Positions 38,654-48,208 of a stretch of 64,000 bases of DNA are shown piece after piece. The stretch is taken from the NCBI GenBank assembly GCA_032128375.1, contig JAQBGU010000063.1, positions 23,382 to 87,381 of the forward strand, written 5' to 3'. Every line of letters begins with the position of its first letter. Within the stretch, counting starts at the first letter, position 1. The position numbers and the translations under genes are program-made. The stretch comes from Deltaproteobacteria bacterium (lineage in GTDB: Bacteria; Myxococcota_A; UBA9160; SMWR01). The notes beneath the pieces were generated by a model. That model saw nothing but the letters and a program-made list of their open reading frames with translations, had not been told where the DNA came from and searched no databases.

Positions 38654-40915
38654 GTGGCCTCAGATCGCGAAGAATTTGGCGGGAAAATCGGGCGGACCGT
38701 GGCGGAATCTTCGCCGTGGTGGCCCGACGCACCGAAGCCGCGCGACGGGAGTCCCAACGTCGTCGTGCTGTTGTTCGATGACACCGGTTTTTCGCATTTC
38801 GGCTGCTACGGGTCGACGATCGAGACGCCGAATATCGACCGGTTGGCGGATGGAGGTCTTCGCTACACGAACTTTCATACCACAGCACTCTGCTCACCGA
38901 CGCGCGCTTGCCTGCTGACGGGACGCAACCATCACTCGGTCGGTATGCGCGCGGTCTCGAACTTCGACACCGGTTTCCCGAACATGCGGGGTTTCATTCC
39001 GACCAGCGCGGCGACCCTCGCCGAGATGTTGCGCGGCCAAGGCTACGGGACGTTCGCCACCGGCAAGTGGCACCTCGCACCGATGGAACAGTGCTCGGCG
39101 GCCGGACCGTTCGACCACTGGCCGCTGCGGCGCGGCTTCGATCAGTTCTACGGTTTTCTGCAAGGCGAAACCGATCAGTTTCACCCCGAACTCACCCGTG
39201 ACAACCACCACATCGAGCCGCCGGCCGGTCCCGAAGCGGGCTACCACGTCAGCGAAGACATCATCGACCGGTCGATCGGCTACATCCGCGATCAAAAGTC
39301 GCTGCTGCCCGAGAAACCGTTCTTCCTGTACTGCTGCTTCGGTGCGACCCACGCGCCCCACCAGGCGCCCCAGGCCTTGTTGGAAAAGTACCGCGGCCGC
39401 TTCGATGCCGGCTGGGACCACGCTCGCGACACCTGGTTCGCGCGCCAGAAGGAACTGGGGATCGTCCCGCCAGCAACGCAATTGGCTCCGCTCAACCCGG
39501 GCGTGCGGCCTTGGAACGAACTCGATGCAGATGAGCAGGCTTTCGCAGCCCGCTTGCAGGAGGCATTCGCCGCGTTCCTGGATCACACCGATCAGCAGAT
39601 CGGACGGCTCGTCGCGTTTCTCGAAAGCCTCGACGAACTCGACAACACTCTGGTGTTACTACTATCGGACAATGGAGCCTCGCAGGAAGGTGGCCCCAGC
39701 GGTGTTCGCGATGAATTCAAATACTTCAACGGCGTGCCCGAGGACATCGCGTCGGCGGTCGAGCACCTCGACGAGATCGGCGGCCCGCACAGTCACTCGA
39801 ACTACCCGTGGGGCTGGGCGCAGGCGGGAAACACACCGCTCAAGCGCTACAAGCAGAACACCCACGCCGGCGGCGTGCGCGACCCGTTGATCATTCATTG
39901 GCCAGACGGTATCGCCGACCGCGGCGGGATCCGCCACCAATTCCATCACGTGACCGACCTCTTGCCTACGGTGCTCGATGTGATCGGCATCGACGCACCC
40001 GGGATTTTCAACGGCGTCGCCCAGCAACCCGTCGCCGGGGTCAGCATGACCTATACGTTCGACGATCGATCCGCCGCGACTCAAAAGAAGACCCAGTACT
40101 TCGAGATGTTCGGACATCGCGGCATCTGGCACGACGGTTGGAAGGCAGTGGCATTCCATCGACCCGGGACCGACTTCGAAGACGATGAATGGGAGCTGTA
40201 CCACCTCGACGAGGATTTCTCCGAGTGCAACGACCTCGCCAAGCAACGCCCAGAAAAACTGCGCGAGCTCATCGAGCGCTGGTGGGCCGAAGCGGGTCAG
40301 CACAGCGTGCTTCCACTCGACGACCGAACCGTCCAACTCTTCGCGGGGTCGCGACGGCCCGGAACCACCCGCGCGCGAAACCCGTTCATCTACTATCCGC
40401 CGATTTCGCACATTCCTTCCGACGCCAGTCCACCGCTGGGAAATCGCTCGTGGCGGCTCAGCGCCGAGATCGATCGCGCAAGTTCCGATCAGCAGGGGGT
40501 ATTTGCAGCCGTCGGTACGATCAATTGCGGGCTGACTTTCTATCTCAAAGACCAACACCTGGTGTTCGACTACAACTGGTTCGGAGAGCACACGAAAGTC
40601 GTATCGAATACGCAAGTCCCGCTCGGTGCGGTCGTGGTAGGCGTGCGGTTCACGCGCGTCGACAGCCGCGGCGAGGTGGTGCTGACGATCGGCGATGAAG
40701 AAGTGGGCAGCGCTGCCGTCCCGAAAATTCTGCGGATGATCTCGTCGACCGGATTGGATATCGGCCGAGATGGGTTGTCCGGCGTCACGACCGACTACCA
40801 GGCACCGTTCGAGTTCACCGGCTCGATCGCGCGTGTCGTCTTCGAACTCGTGCCGCGTGCCCCCGGGCGCGAAGACCGCGCGCTCGAAGCACGCGTCGAA
40901 CTCGCGCGTGAGTGA
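38654..40915 (+). CDS. Arylsulfatase (Cys-type) with C-terminal LamG-like domain
   Basis: FDDTG, LCSPTRACLLTGRNHH, GKWHL, SDNGAS. AGGAGG RBS. Confidence 0.95.
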   Translation: MASDREEFGGKIGRTVAESSPWWPDAPKPRDGSPNVVVLLFDDTGFSHFGCYGSTIETPNIDRLADGGLRYTNFHTTALCSPTRACLLTGRNHHSVGMRAVSNFDTGFPNMRGFIPTSAATLAEMLRGQGYGTFATGKWHLAPMEQCSAAGPFDHWPLRRGFDQFYGFLQGETDQFHPELTRDNHHIEPPAGPEAGYHVSEDIIDRSIGYIRDQKSLLPEKPFFLYCCFGATHAPHQAPQALLEKYRGRFDAGWDHARDTWFARQKELGIVPPATQLAPLNPGVRPWNELDADEQAFAARLQEAFAAFLDHTDQQIGRLVAFLESLDELDNTLVLLLSDNGASQEGGPSGVRDEFKYFNGVPEDIASAVEHLDEIGGPHSHSNYPWGWAQAGNTPLKRYKQNTHAGGVRDPLIIHWPDGIADRGGIRHQFHHVTDLLPTVLDVIGIDAPGIFNGVAQQPVAGVSMTYTFDDRSAATQKKTQYFEMFGHRGIWHDGWKAVAFHRPGTDFEDDEWELYHLDEDFSECNDLAKQRPEKLRELIERWWAEAGQHSVLPLDDRTVQLFAGSRRPGTTRARNPFIYYPPISHIPSDASPPLGNRSWRLSAEIDRASSDQQGVFAAVGTINCGLTFYLKDQHLVFDYNWFGEHTKVVSNTQVPLGAVVVGVRFTRVDSRGEVVLTIGDEEVGSAAVPKILRMISSTGLDIGRDGLSGVTTDYQAPFEFTGSIARVVFELVPRAPGREDRALEARVELARE

Positions 40916-41897
40916 CAAGCCCGCCGCAGCGTGCTGCTCTCCATCTCGGGCGGGGGGTGCAATAGGTGCAGATTCGATCGACGACTCCGAATCTGGAACG
41001 TCCCAATCTCGAACGTCCCGATCTGCCACCACTCAATCTCCCAGTCGCGCGGCAATGGCCTGCATCGGTCCCGGCTCGTTTCAAATGGGGAGCGAGAATC
41101 GTCATGCGATTCGCGCCGACGGCGAGGGCCCCGTGCGAAAGGTGTCCCTGGATGGATTCGCGATCGATCGGACTGCCGTCTCCAACACCGAGTTCCGCGC
41201 GTTCGTAGAGGAGACCGGTTATTCGACCGACGCGGAGCAGATCGGCTGGTCGTTCGTGTTTGCGGGACTGCTCCCGGACGATTTCCAATCCACGCGCGGC
41301 GTCGCTCACGCTCCCTGGTGGCGACAAGTCCACGGCGCGAGCTGGGATCATCCGGCCGGGCCCCAATCGGAACTCGACGGTCTCGGCGATCACCCGGCCG
41401 TCCACATCAGCTGGCGAGATGCCAGCGCATACGCGAAATGGAGCGGAAAGCGATTGCCGAGCGAAGCCGAATGGGAATTCGCGGCGCGCGGTGGTTTGGA
41501 ACAAGAGACCTACCCATGGGGTAGCGAACTGACGCCCGACGGCGAGCACCGTTGCAATATCTGGCAGGGCACCTTTCCATCCGATAACAGCCGTGACGAC
41601 GGGTTCTACGCCACCGCGCCCGTCAACCACTATTCGCCCAACGGACACGGGCTGTACAACACCACAGGAAATGTCTGGGAGTGGTGTACCGATTGGTTTT
41701 CGACGACGTTTCACAGCGTCGGCGCGCAGCACAACCCCAAAGGCCCGCCGACGGGAAGCCACCGGGTCATCAAGGGTGGTTCCTACCTCTGTCACGCGTC
41801 GTACTGCTTGCGTTATCGCGTATCCGCGAGGAGCGCGAACAGCATCGACACCAGCATCGGCCACACCGGGTTCCGATGTGCGAGCGATCTCGACTGA
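40908..41897 (+). CDS. Formylglycine-generating enzyme (SUMF1 family)
   Basis: RLPSEAEWEFAARGG, GNVWEW, KGGSYLCHASYCLRYRVSAR, GFRC. Overlaps the sulfatase stop. Confidence 0.95.
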   Translation: MSDKPAAACCSPSRAGGAIGADSIDDSESGTSQSRTSRSATTQSPSRAAMACIGPGSFQMGSENRHAIRADGEGPVRKVSLDGFAIDRTAVSNTEFRAFVEETGYSTDAEQIGWSFVFAGLLPDDFQSTRGVAHAPWWRQVHGASWDHPAGPQSELDGLGDHPAVHISWRDASAYAKWSGKRLPSEAEWEFAARGGLEQETYPWGSELTPDGEHRCNIWQGTFPSDNSRDDGFYATAPVNHYSPNGHGLYNTTGNVWEWCTDWFSTTFHSVGAQHNPKGPPTGSHRVIKGGSYLCHASYCLRYRVSARSANSIDTSIGHTGFRCASDLD

Positions 41898-41960
41898 CCG
41901 GCGCCCCTCCCTCAAGCGTGCCCGACGAAGGCTCGATGTGGTCTCGCGGGGGGTGGCTGC

Positions 41961-42369
41961 GTGAGTGGTTCCGAGGGCAGTTCGCTGAACGCTACCGTTC
42001 TGGTCGTTGTTGGCTCGTACGCGCTGTTCGTACTCGCATGCGGAATCGTCGGAGTGCGCTTGATCGCGCTCGCAAAGCGAACCCAGCAGTTTCCAGAATT
42101 TCTGTTGGGAACCGGGCTGAGTGCTGTCGTCATCGCGATGCCGACGCTCGGCATCGCGGGTGTGGGACGCGGAATCGCGGGCGACTTCAACAGCGCGTTG
42201 GGCGCAACCGGGTTCCTGTAGGAGCCCCACCACTGACCCTATCGCCGCGCTGGCGCTGGGCGCCGCTGGGTGTGTTGGTGCGCTCCTGCTCTACCTCGCA
42301 TTCCTGCCGCCCGAACGCTACCTGCGCTTCATCCGACGACGCGCCGAAGTCGGCGTATCAGCGGCCTGA
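41961..42369 (+). pseudogene. Membrane protein remnant: N- and C-terminal segments in different frames, middle apparently deleted
   Basis: VGVRLIALAKRTQQFPEFLLG...GFL-stop (42221), then DPIAALALGAAGCVGALLLYLAFLPPERYLRFIRRRA-stop. Confidence 0.55.
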
Positions 42370-42485
42370 ACTCTTCCGACTCGCTGCGCTTTCGACCGAG
42401 CGATCGAGTGATTTCGCTGCGGTGGGCCCGGGCAGCGCCACTGTGCTAGCTCCCCTGTCTCGCTGTCTGGGGAGACACCACAATC

Positions 42486-43202
42486 ATGCTCAATCGCGTG
42501 GCACTGGTCGCGGGCATCGCGGCGATCCTGGGCAGCTTGTACTTCAGCGGATTCTTCGAACTCATCTCAGACGCCGATCGGGTGCGTGCAGCACTCGAGG
42601 AGTTCGGAATCTGGGCCCCGATCCTCTACGTGGTGGCGTTCGCCATGCTCGAGCCGTTCTTTGTCCCGGGCGTGGCATTCATGATCCCCGGTGCGGTCGT
42701 ATTCTCCTTTCCCGAACTCTTCGTGCTGTCGTGGTTGGGTTCGATCGGCGCCGGCATCGTCGGCTTCAGCTTCGCACGGTTCATCGGGCGAGAGTTCGTC
42801 GAAAGTCGACTGCCGGATCGCCTCCGCAAGTACGACGAGCGCCTGGCCACTCACGCGTTGCGAACGGTCATCTGGGTGCGCGTCATGCTGTTTCTTGCAC
42901 CACCCGCGCACTGGATGCTCGGTCTATCGCAGGTGCGATTCGCGCCATTCGTATTGGGCACGGCAATCGGATTCGTGCCGGGTATTGGCCTTGCCGCCTA
43001 CCTGATCGTGTTCGTCGGCGAGTCGCTCGGGGACTGGATCAGCGATCGTCCACCCGGTTTTTTCGCAGTCATCATCATCGGACTGGTCGTCGCCAATCGA
43101 ATTCGGTTGTGGAATGCGAAGAAGAAGATCGCTGACGAGGTTTCCGTTTCCGAAGCTTTGATCGACAAACGAAAACACGAGGAAGACCTCAGCGCCTCGT
43201 GA
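42486..43202 (+). CDS. TVP38/TMEM64 (DedA / SNARE-associated) family membrane protein
   Basis: FVPGVAFMIPGAVVF, FARFIGREFV, FVLGTAIGFVPG. Confidence 0.9.
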   Translation: MLNRVALVAGIAAILGSLYFSGFFELISDADRVRAALEEFGIWAPILYVVAFAMLEPFFVPGVAFMIPGAVVFSFPELFVLSWLGSIGAGIVGFSFARFIGREFVESRLPDRLRKYDERLATHALRTVIWVRVMLFLAPPAHWMLGLSQVRFAPFVLGTAIGFVPGIGLAAYLIVFVGESLGDWISDRPPGFFAVIIIGLVVANRIRLWNAKKKIADEVSVSEALIDKRKHEEDLSAS

Positions 43203-43220
43203 CGTCGGCTTGCCGGGCCG

Positions 43221-44081
43221 TCAGCTTCCCTTGAAATTCGGTCGGCGCTTCTCGATGAACGCCTTGACCGCTTCGCGATGGTCTTCGGTGCGGGCCGTCG
43301 CGACGATGCCCTCAGCCTCGTGGGCCAGGCAGGTGTGAAGATCCGTTCGAAGCGCCCGGTCGAGGTTGGCCTTCATGTACCGAAACGCAACGGTAGGACC
43401 GGCCGCGAGTTCGCGCGCCCACTGGAGTGCTGATTCGCGCAGCTCCGCGTCGGGAACAACGCGGTTGACGATGCCGAGCCGCTCGCAGGTACGCGCGTCG
43501 ACACGGTCGGCGCTGTAAAACAGCTCGCGGGCCTTCGCCGTACCCACGAGCTGTGTCAGGAAGAAGCTGGCACCGTAATCGCCCGCGAGACCGATGTTCG
43601 CGAACCCGGTCGTGATGAACGCCGATTCGGCGGCGATCCGCAGATCACAGGCCAGCGCAATCGATAGCCCGGCGCCAGCCGCAGCTCCGGGCAGCGCGGC
43701 GAGCGTCGGTTTTGGCAAGTCGTACAGTGCGCCGGTCAGCGCCACCTGGCGCACTCGCAGATCCTCGATGGCGTCGTGTGTGGTACGTGAAGGACCGGGT
43801 GCCGGCGTGCGTGGATCCGTTGCACGATCTCCGCCGCCCTTCCCTCCCATTCCCTTAACGTCGCCGCCCGCGCAGAACGCTTTCCCCGCCCCGGTGACCA
43901 ACACACTGCGCACTTCCGGGTCGGCGGCGAGCTTCGGGAGCAACGCGCGCAGGGCTGGGCTCAGCTTGTCTGACAGCGCATTGCGCGCCTCCGGGCGATT
44001 CAGGGTGATGACTGCGACACCGCGGTCGAGCTCGGCCAGCAGCTCGTCTGTGCCCGTTTCGAGGCGACGCGATTCAGTCAT
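43221..44081 (-). CDS. Enoyl-CoA hydratase/isomerase family protein (PaaG-like)
   Basis: ITLNRPEARNAL, FCAGGDV, GAAAGAG, GLAGDYG, EDHREAVKAFIEKR. Confidence 0.95.
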   Translation of the reverse strand: MTESRRLETGTDELLAELDRGVAVITLNRPEARNALSDKLSPALRALLPKLAADPEVRSVLVTGAGKAFCAGGDVKGMGGKGGGDRATDPRTPAPGPSRTTHDAIEDLRVRQVALTGALYDLPKPTLAALPGAAAGAGLSIALACDLRIAAESAFITTGFANIGLAGDYGASFFLTQLVGTAKARELFYSADRVDARTCERLGIVNRVVPDAELRESALQWARELAAGPTVAFRYMKANLDRALRTDLHTCLAHEAEGIVATARTEDHREAVKAFIEKRRPNFKGS

Positions 44082-44218
44082 GACCGAGAGCCTACCGACC
44101 GCGCTCGTGCGCCGCTCCCAATAAACGGCACCACGATTCGACACACATCCCTCTCACAGGGGTAGAATGATCGCCCCGACTCAATAACAACGAGCCACCC
44201 GAGAAAAACGGAGATCCC

Positions 44219-44947
44219 ATGATCGAGAAAACCATCGATATCGAGACCCCCGACGGACACATGGAGAGCTTCGCCGTTCATCCCGACGGCCCCGGTCCGT
44301 TCCCGGCGGTGATCCTGTACATGGACGCACCCGGCATTCGCGACGAACTGCGCGATTTTTGCCGCAGAATCGCCGGCGAAGGTTATTACGCGCTGCTACC
44401 GGACATGTACTACCGGATCGGATTTCGCATGACGCGCTTCGACGACGAGGGCATGAAAGAGATGTTCGGCGCGATGCGCAGCCTGAACAATGGATTGGTG
44501 ATGCGCGACACCGGCGCGATGTTGTCGTTCCTGGCGTCAGAAAGCGCCGTTGCGAGCGGCCCGAAAGGCTGCATCGGGTACTGCATGAGCGGTCAATATG
44601 TCGTTTCCGCGGCCGGCTCCTACCCTGATGATTTCCTGGCCGCTGCGTCGCTATACGGTGTTGGAATCGTCACCGAGCAGAGCGACTCGCCGCACCTGCT
44701 CGCCGACAAGATGAAGGGCGAACTTTACCTTGGCTTTGCCGAGACGGACCAGTACGTCGAAGACAACGTCATCCCCGACCTTCGGACCCAACTCGACGAA
44801 CACAACGTCGACTACCGCCTCGACGTCTGGCCGGGTACCCACCACGGCTTCTGTTTCCCGCAGCGTGCTGGCGCGTACCACGAAGAATCGGCCGAACAGG
44901 TGTGGGGGCTGGTCTTCGATCTGTTCAAACGAAAGTTGGTCGGCTAA
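44219..44947 (+). CDS. Dienelactone hydrolase family protein
   Basis: YMDAPGIR, GYCMSG nucleophile, HGF. Confidence 0.93.
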   Translation: MIEKTIDIETPDGHMESFAVHPDGPGPFPAVILYMDAPGIRDELRDFCRRIAGEGYYALLPDMYYRIGFRMTRFDDEGMKEMFGAMRSLNNGLVMRDTGAMLSFLASESAVASGPKGCIGYCMSGQYVVSAAGSYPDDFLAAASLYGVGIVTEQSDSPHLLADKMKGELYLGFAETDQYVEDNVIPDLRTQLDEHNVDYRLDVWPGTHHGFCFPQRAGAYHEESAEQVWGLVFDLFKRKLVG

Positions 44948-45068
44948 CGGGTTCGCGCCACGAACACTCTCGCATCAAGCTTCGTTCGAAGCATCCTCGA
45001 GCGACGACCTCCGCGATCCGATCGCCGACGCGCCAACCCACCCACAACCGGGCGAACAGAAATCTCGC

Positions 45069-45761
45069 TCAACCCAAACCCGCGAACCAGTCCAAAGCCT
45101 CCCGCTGGAAGTACCCCGACGGCCAGTGGCGCCCTCCTTCGTCGACCCGAAACTCGACCCGATGGCCTGCCTCGACGAGGCTGGCACGCATTGGCAGCGC
45201 GACCTGATCGAATGGGAACACTTCGTCATGGGTGCCGTACTCGAGCAACACGTCCGGCTTGGGATCGTCTTCTGTGACGAACGTATCGTCATACGCAACG
45301 AAGCCAGCCGCCCAGGCCATCACCGCTCGGAAGATCTGCGGGTTCGACAACCCGATCGACAGCGCGTAGCTGGCTCCGTCCGAGTACCCGATCATCGCCT
45401 GCCGGCGTTCGTCGACCGGATAGCGGCGGTAGATCAGGTCGTAGGCGAACTCGATGAAATCGAGATCGGGACGTCCACCGCCGGTGATCAGATCCCAGGT
45501 CGGTTGGATCGAACGGGGAACCAGAAACAGCGCGTTGCGCGCGTCCGGTTCGCCACGGCAGGCCTTCACGAGCATTTCGTCCTGTCGGCCGGCACCATGC
45601 AACACCGTGATCAGCGGATAGCGGCGCTGCGGATCGATCGCGGACGGGGTCAGTAGTACGGCTCGGTGGTCGCCCCATTCGATCGGGACCTCACCGACCG
45701 GCGAAATCTCGCCGCGGATTTCGACTTCCTGGTGACGTATGCGCAGCGCCAGTGTTTGCAC
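45069..45761 (-). CDS. Phospholipase/carboxylesterase family alpha/beta hydrolase
   Basis: LHGAG, GYSDGASYALSIG, GTHDEVFP, GGRH. Confidence 0.9.
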   Translation of the reverse strand: MQTLALRIRHQEVEIRGEISPVGEVPIEWGDHRAVLLTPSAIDPQRRYPLITVLHGAGRQDEMLVKACRGEPDARNALFLVPRSIQPTWDLITGGGRPDLDFIEFAYDLIYRRYPVDERRQAMIGYSDGASYALSIGLSNPQIFRAVMAWAAGFVAYDDTFVTEDDPKPDVLLEYGTHDEVFPFDQVALPMRASLVEAGHRVEFRVDEGGRHWPSGYFQREALDWFAGLG

Positions 45762-45880
45762 GCGCTCAGTGTAGTGCGAAGAATGCGCGTGCGCTTCGCT
45801 CGCCGATTGTTCAACTACAGACGTATCTTACTTGATAGAAGACCGTTAGTGTATGCCCGGACAATCAATCGAGGGCTTCC

Positions 45881-47251
45881 TTGACGATCGAACTGGATGC
45901 ACGACGACGCGCGCTGCTCTTGGGCAGCCTGTTGGCCGTGATGCTGCACGCGTTCGACGAACTCTCGGTCGTTACCGCGCTGCCCGTGATCGTTGCGGAC
46001 CTCGGCGGGCGAGCACTGTATGGGTCCGCGTTCTTCTCGTACGTGCTCGCGAGCATCGTCGGGCTCGTGGGTGCCGGCTGGCTCGCGACGCGGTACGGGC
46101 CGAGCCGGCCACTGGGATGGGGGCTTGCGGTATTTGCGTTTGGTCTGGTTCTGGCCGCCGTCGCTCCTTCCATGCTCGTCGTCGTGGTAGCGCGCTCGTT
46201 TCAGGGTCTCGGCGGCGGCATCTTGAACACAGTCGTGCTGGTGATCGTCAACCGCAGCTTCGAAAGCGAGGAACGGCCACGGGTGATGGCCTGGATGGCT
46301 ACCGCGTGGGTCGTACCCGCACTTCTCGCACCCGCAATCGCCGGGACTGTCGCCGAAGCGCTGGGTTGGCGTTGGGTATTCGCCGGATTGTTGCCGGTCG
46401 TCGCGATCGCGGCCGCGCTCGCATTGCCCGCCACTCGATCGCTCACAGGAAACCGACCGGACCGGAGCTTCGTCGACGAGTCGGCCGGTGGCATGAGACT
46501 CGCGATCGGCCTCGGCCTGATGCTCTCGGGCCTGGCACAGGAGATGAGCCTGTGGAGTGTCACCGAGGTCGGTGTAGGGGGAGCGATCTCACTTCCGGCG
46601 CTGGTCAGAATCCTTCCGGCAGGTTTCATTCGCGCGGCCCCGGTCGTTCCGGCCGCGATTGCGACCAAGTTCCTGCTCGCGTTCGCGTTCTTCGGAACCG
46701 AAGGATTCTTGCCCTTGGCGCTGACCGAAATTCACTCGACCACAGCCACGTATGCCGGGCTCTCACTGACGACTTCCGCTCTGTCGTGGAGCGGCGCGGC
46801 TTTGCTGCAGGCGCGACTCGCGGACCGCTATACGTCGCGTCTGCTCGCGGCGCTGGGCTGTTCGATCGTCGCGCTTTCGATCGCCTCGTTGTTTACCGTG
46901 CTCGACCCGCGCGCGACACCCGCGCTCGCTCTGATCGCGTGGGCGTTCGCGGGAGCCGGGATGGGGATCGCTTACAACACGATCACCACGACCGCGATGG
47001 CCCACTCTCCCGAAGGGCAGGAAGGCGTGCTATCGACATCACTCGGTGTCGCAGACGCCGTTGGGATCAGTCTCGGAACAGGGTTGGCGGGTGCGCTGGT
47101 GGCCTTTGGCGATCGGTCGGGCTGGGCCACGTCTGCGTCGCTCGGGGTGGCGTGGTTGTGGATGGGAGCGATCGCCGCCGTCGCAGTCGCCGCGAGCCTG
47201 CGACTCGGGTCCGGCGTGGTCGGAAAATTCGAGCATGTATCGAGCGAGTAA
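45881..47251 (+). CDS. MFS transporter
   Basis: VVTALPVIVADLGG, ARSFQGLGGG, and many TM segments. Confidence 0.9.
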   Translation: MTIELDARRRALLLGSLLAVMLHAFDELSVVTALPVIVADLGGRALYGSAFFSYVLASIVGLVGAGWLATRYGPSRPLGWGLAVFAFGLVLAAVAPSMLVVVVARSFQGLGGGILNTVVLVIVNRSFESEERPRVMAWMATAWVVPALLAPAIAGTVAEALGWRWVFAGLLPVVAIAAALALPATRSLTGNRPDRSFVDESAGGMRLAIGLGLMLSGLAQEMSLWSVTEVGVGGAISLPALVRILPAGFIRAAPVVPAAIATKFLLAFAFFGTEGFLPLALTEIHSTTATYAGLSLTTSALSWSGAALLQARLADRYTSRLLAALGCSIVALSIASLFTVLDPRATPALALIAWAFAGAGMGIAYNTITTTAMAHSPEGQEGVLSTSLGVADAVGISLGTGLAGALVAFGDRSGWATSASLGVAWLWMGAIAAVAVAASLRLGSGVVGKFEHVSSE

Positions 47252-47395
47252 CGCAAGCCGACGCACCGGCGACGCACAATGCGCAAGATGCGCCGTCACT
47301 CAGGGCTGGTGCCGTCCCATGGCCCGTCTCGCGCGCTGAATCCGGCGCTTCCCCTCGAACACGTCAAGTTTCGGATCGACGTGGTCGAAACCCAC

Positions 47396-47409
47396 CAAAC
47401 GATCGTTTC
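47396..47409. promoter_or_regulatory. PsrA-type TetR operator candidate
   Basis: CAAAC-GATC-GTTTC matches (G/C)AAAC-N4-GTTT(C/G), about 110 bp upstream of the TetR gene. Confidence 0.65.
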
Positions 47410-47521
47410 AATCAGTCGTCCGATCGGAACTGACGTGTCTCCAATGGATGCCTCCGTTCCGATCGGTCGAGTGCAGGCGCGCTTTGAACGGCTGCCTTGA
47501 ACGGAAAGGGGGTGATCGAGG

Positions 47522-48208
47522 ATGGGCGATTTGACGACCCAACGAGCTGCAGCAGTGAGCTCGCGTGAACGAATTCTCGACGCGGCCGAACAGCTGTTCT
47601 CGGAACAGGGAATCTCCGGAACATCGCTTCGCGCGCTGACACGCGCCGCGGACGTCAATCTCGCATCAGTCCACTACTACTTCGGGTCGAAGGAAGCTCT
47701 GCTCGATGCCGTGATCGATCGGCGCGCCAAGCCCGTCAACGCGCAGCGCCTGTTCGCACTCGAATCCCTGAGGTCCTCGGGCGAGGACCTCGAAATAGAA
47801 GCCATCCTGGAGGCCTTCGTGTTCCCCCCCCTCAGTGCGATTTCCACTTCGTCGGAGCAGCGACTCGGAAGATTGACCGCGCGGATCGAAGCCCAGCCAC
47901 CTGAACTCGTCGAATCGCTATCTCGGGAACACTTCGGAGATGTCTCGAGCGACTTCGTCGATGCGCTGCAGAGCGCGTTGCCACACCTGCGCAAGGAACT
48001 CGTTGCGGATCGCTTTCGCTACGCCGCCGGTCTGTTCTCGTTTTTGTTTTCGGGAAACTTCGATTTGGACACGCTTCCCAGCCACCCACCACAGCCGCAC
48101 ACCCTGGAGCAGAAACTCTCGAATGCCATCGGCTTCATCGCAGCGGGAATGCGAGCAGCAGACCCGATGGAAGCGCAGAAGGCCTCGAGTCGCGAGGTCG
48201 CAGCGTGA
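47522..48208 (+). CDS. TetR family regulator, PsrA-like
   Basis: RILDAAEQLFSEQGISGTSLRALTRAADVNLASVHYYFGSKEAL...FIAAGM. Confidence 0.92.
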   Translation: MGDLTTQRAAAVSSRERILDAAEQLFSEQGISGTSLRALTRAADVNLASVHYYFGSKEALLDAVIDRRAKPVNAQRLFALESLRSSGEDLEIEAILEAFVFPPLSAISTSSEQRLGRLTARIEAQPPELVESLSREHFGDVSSDFVDALQSALPHLRKELVADRFRYAAGLFSFLFSGNFDLDTLPSHPPQPHTLEQKLSNAIGFIAAGMRAADPMEAQKASSREVAA

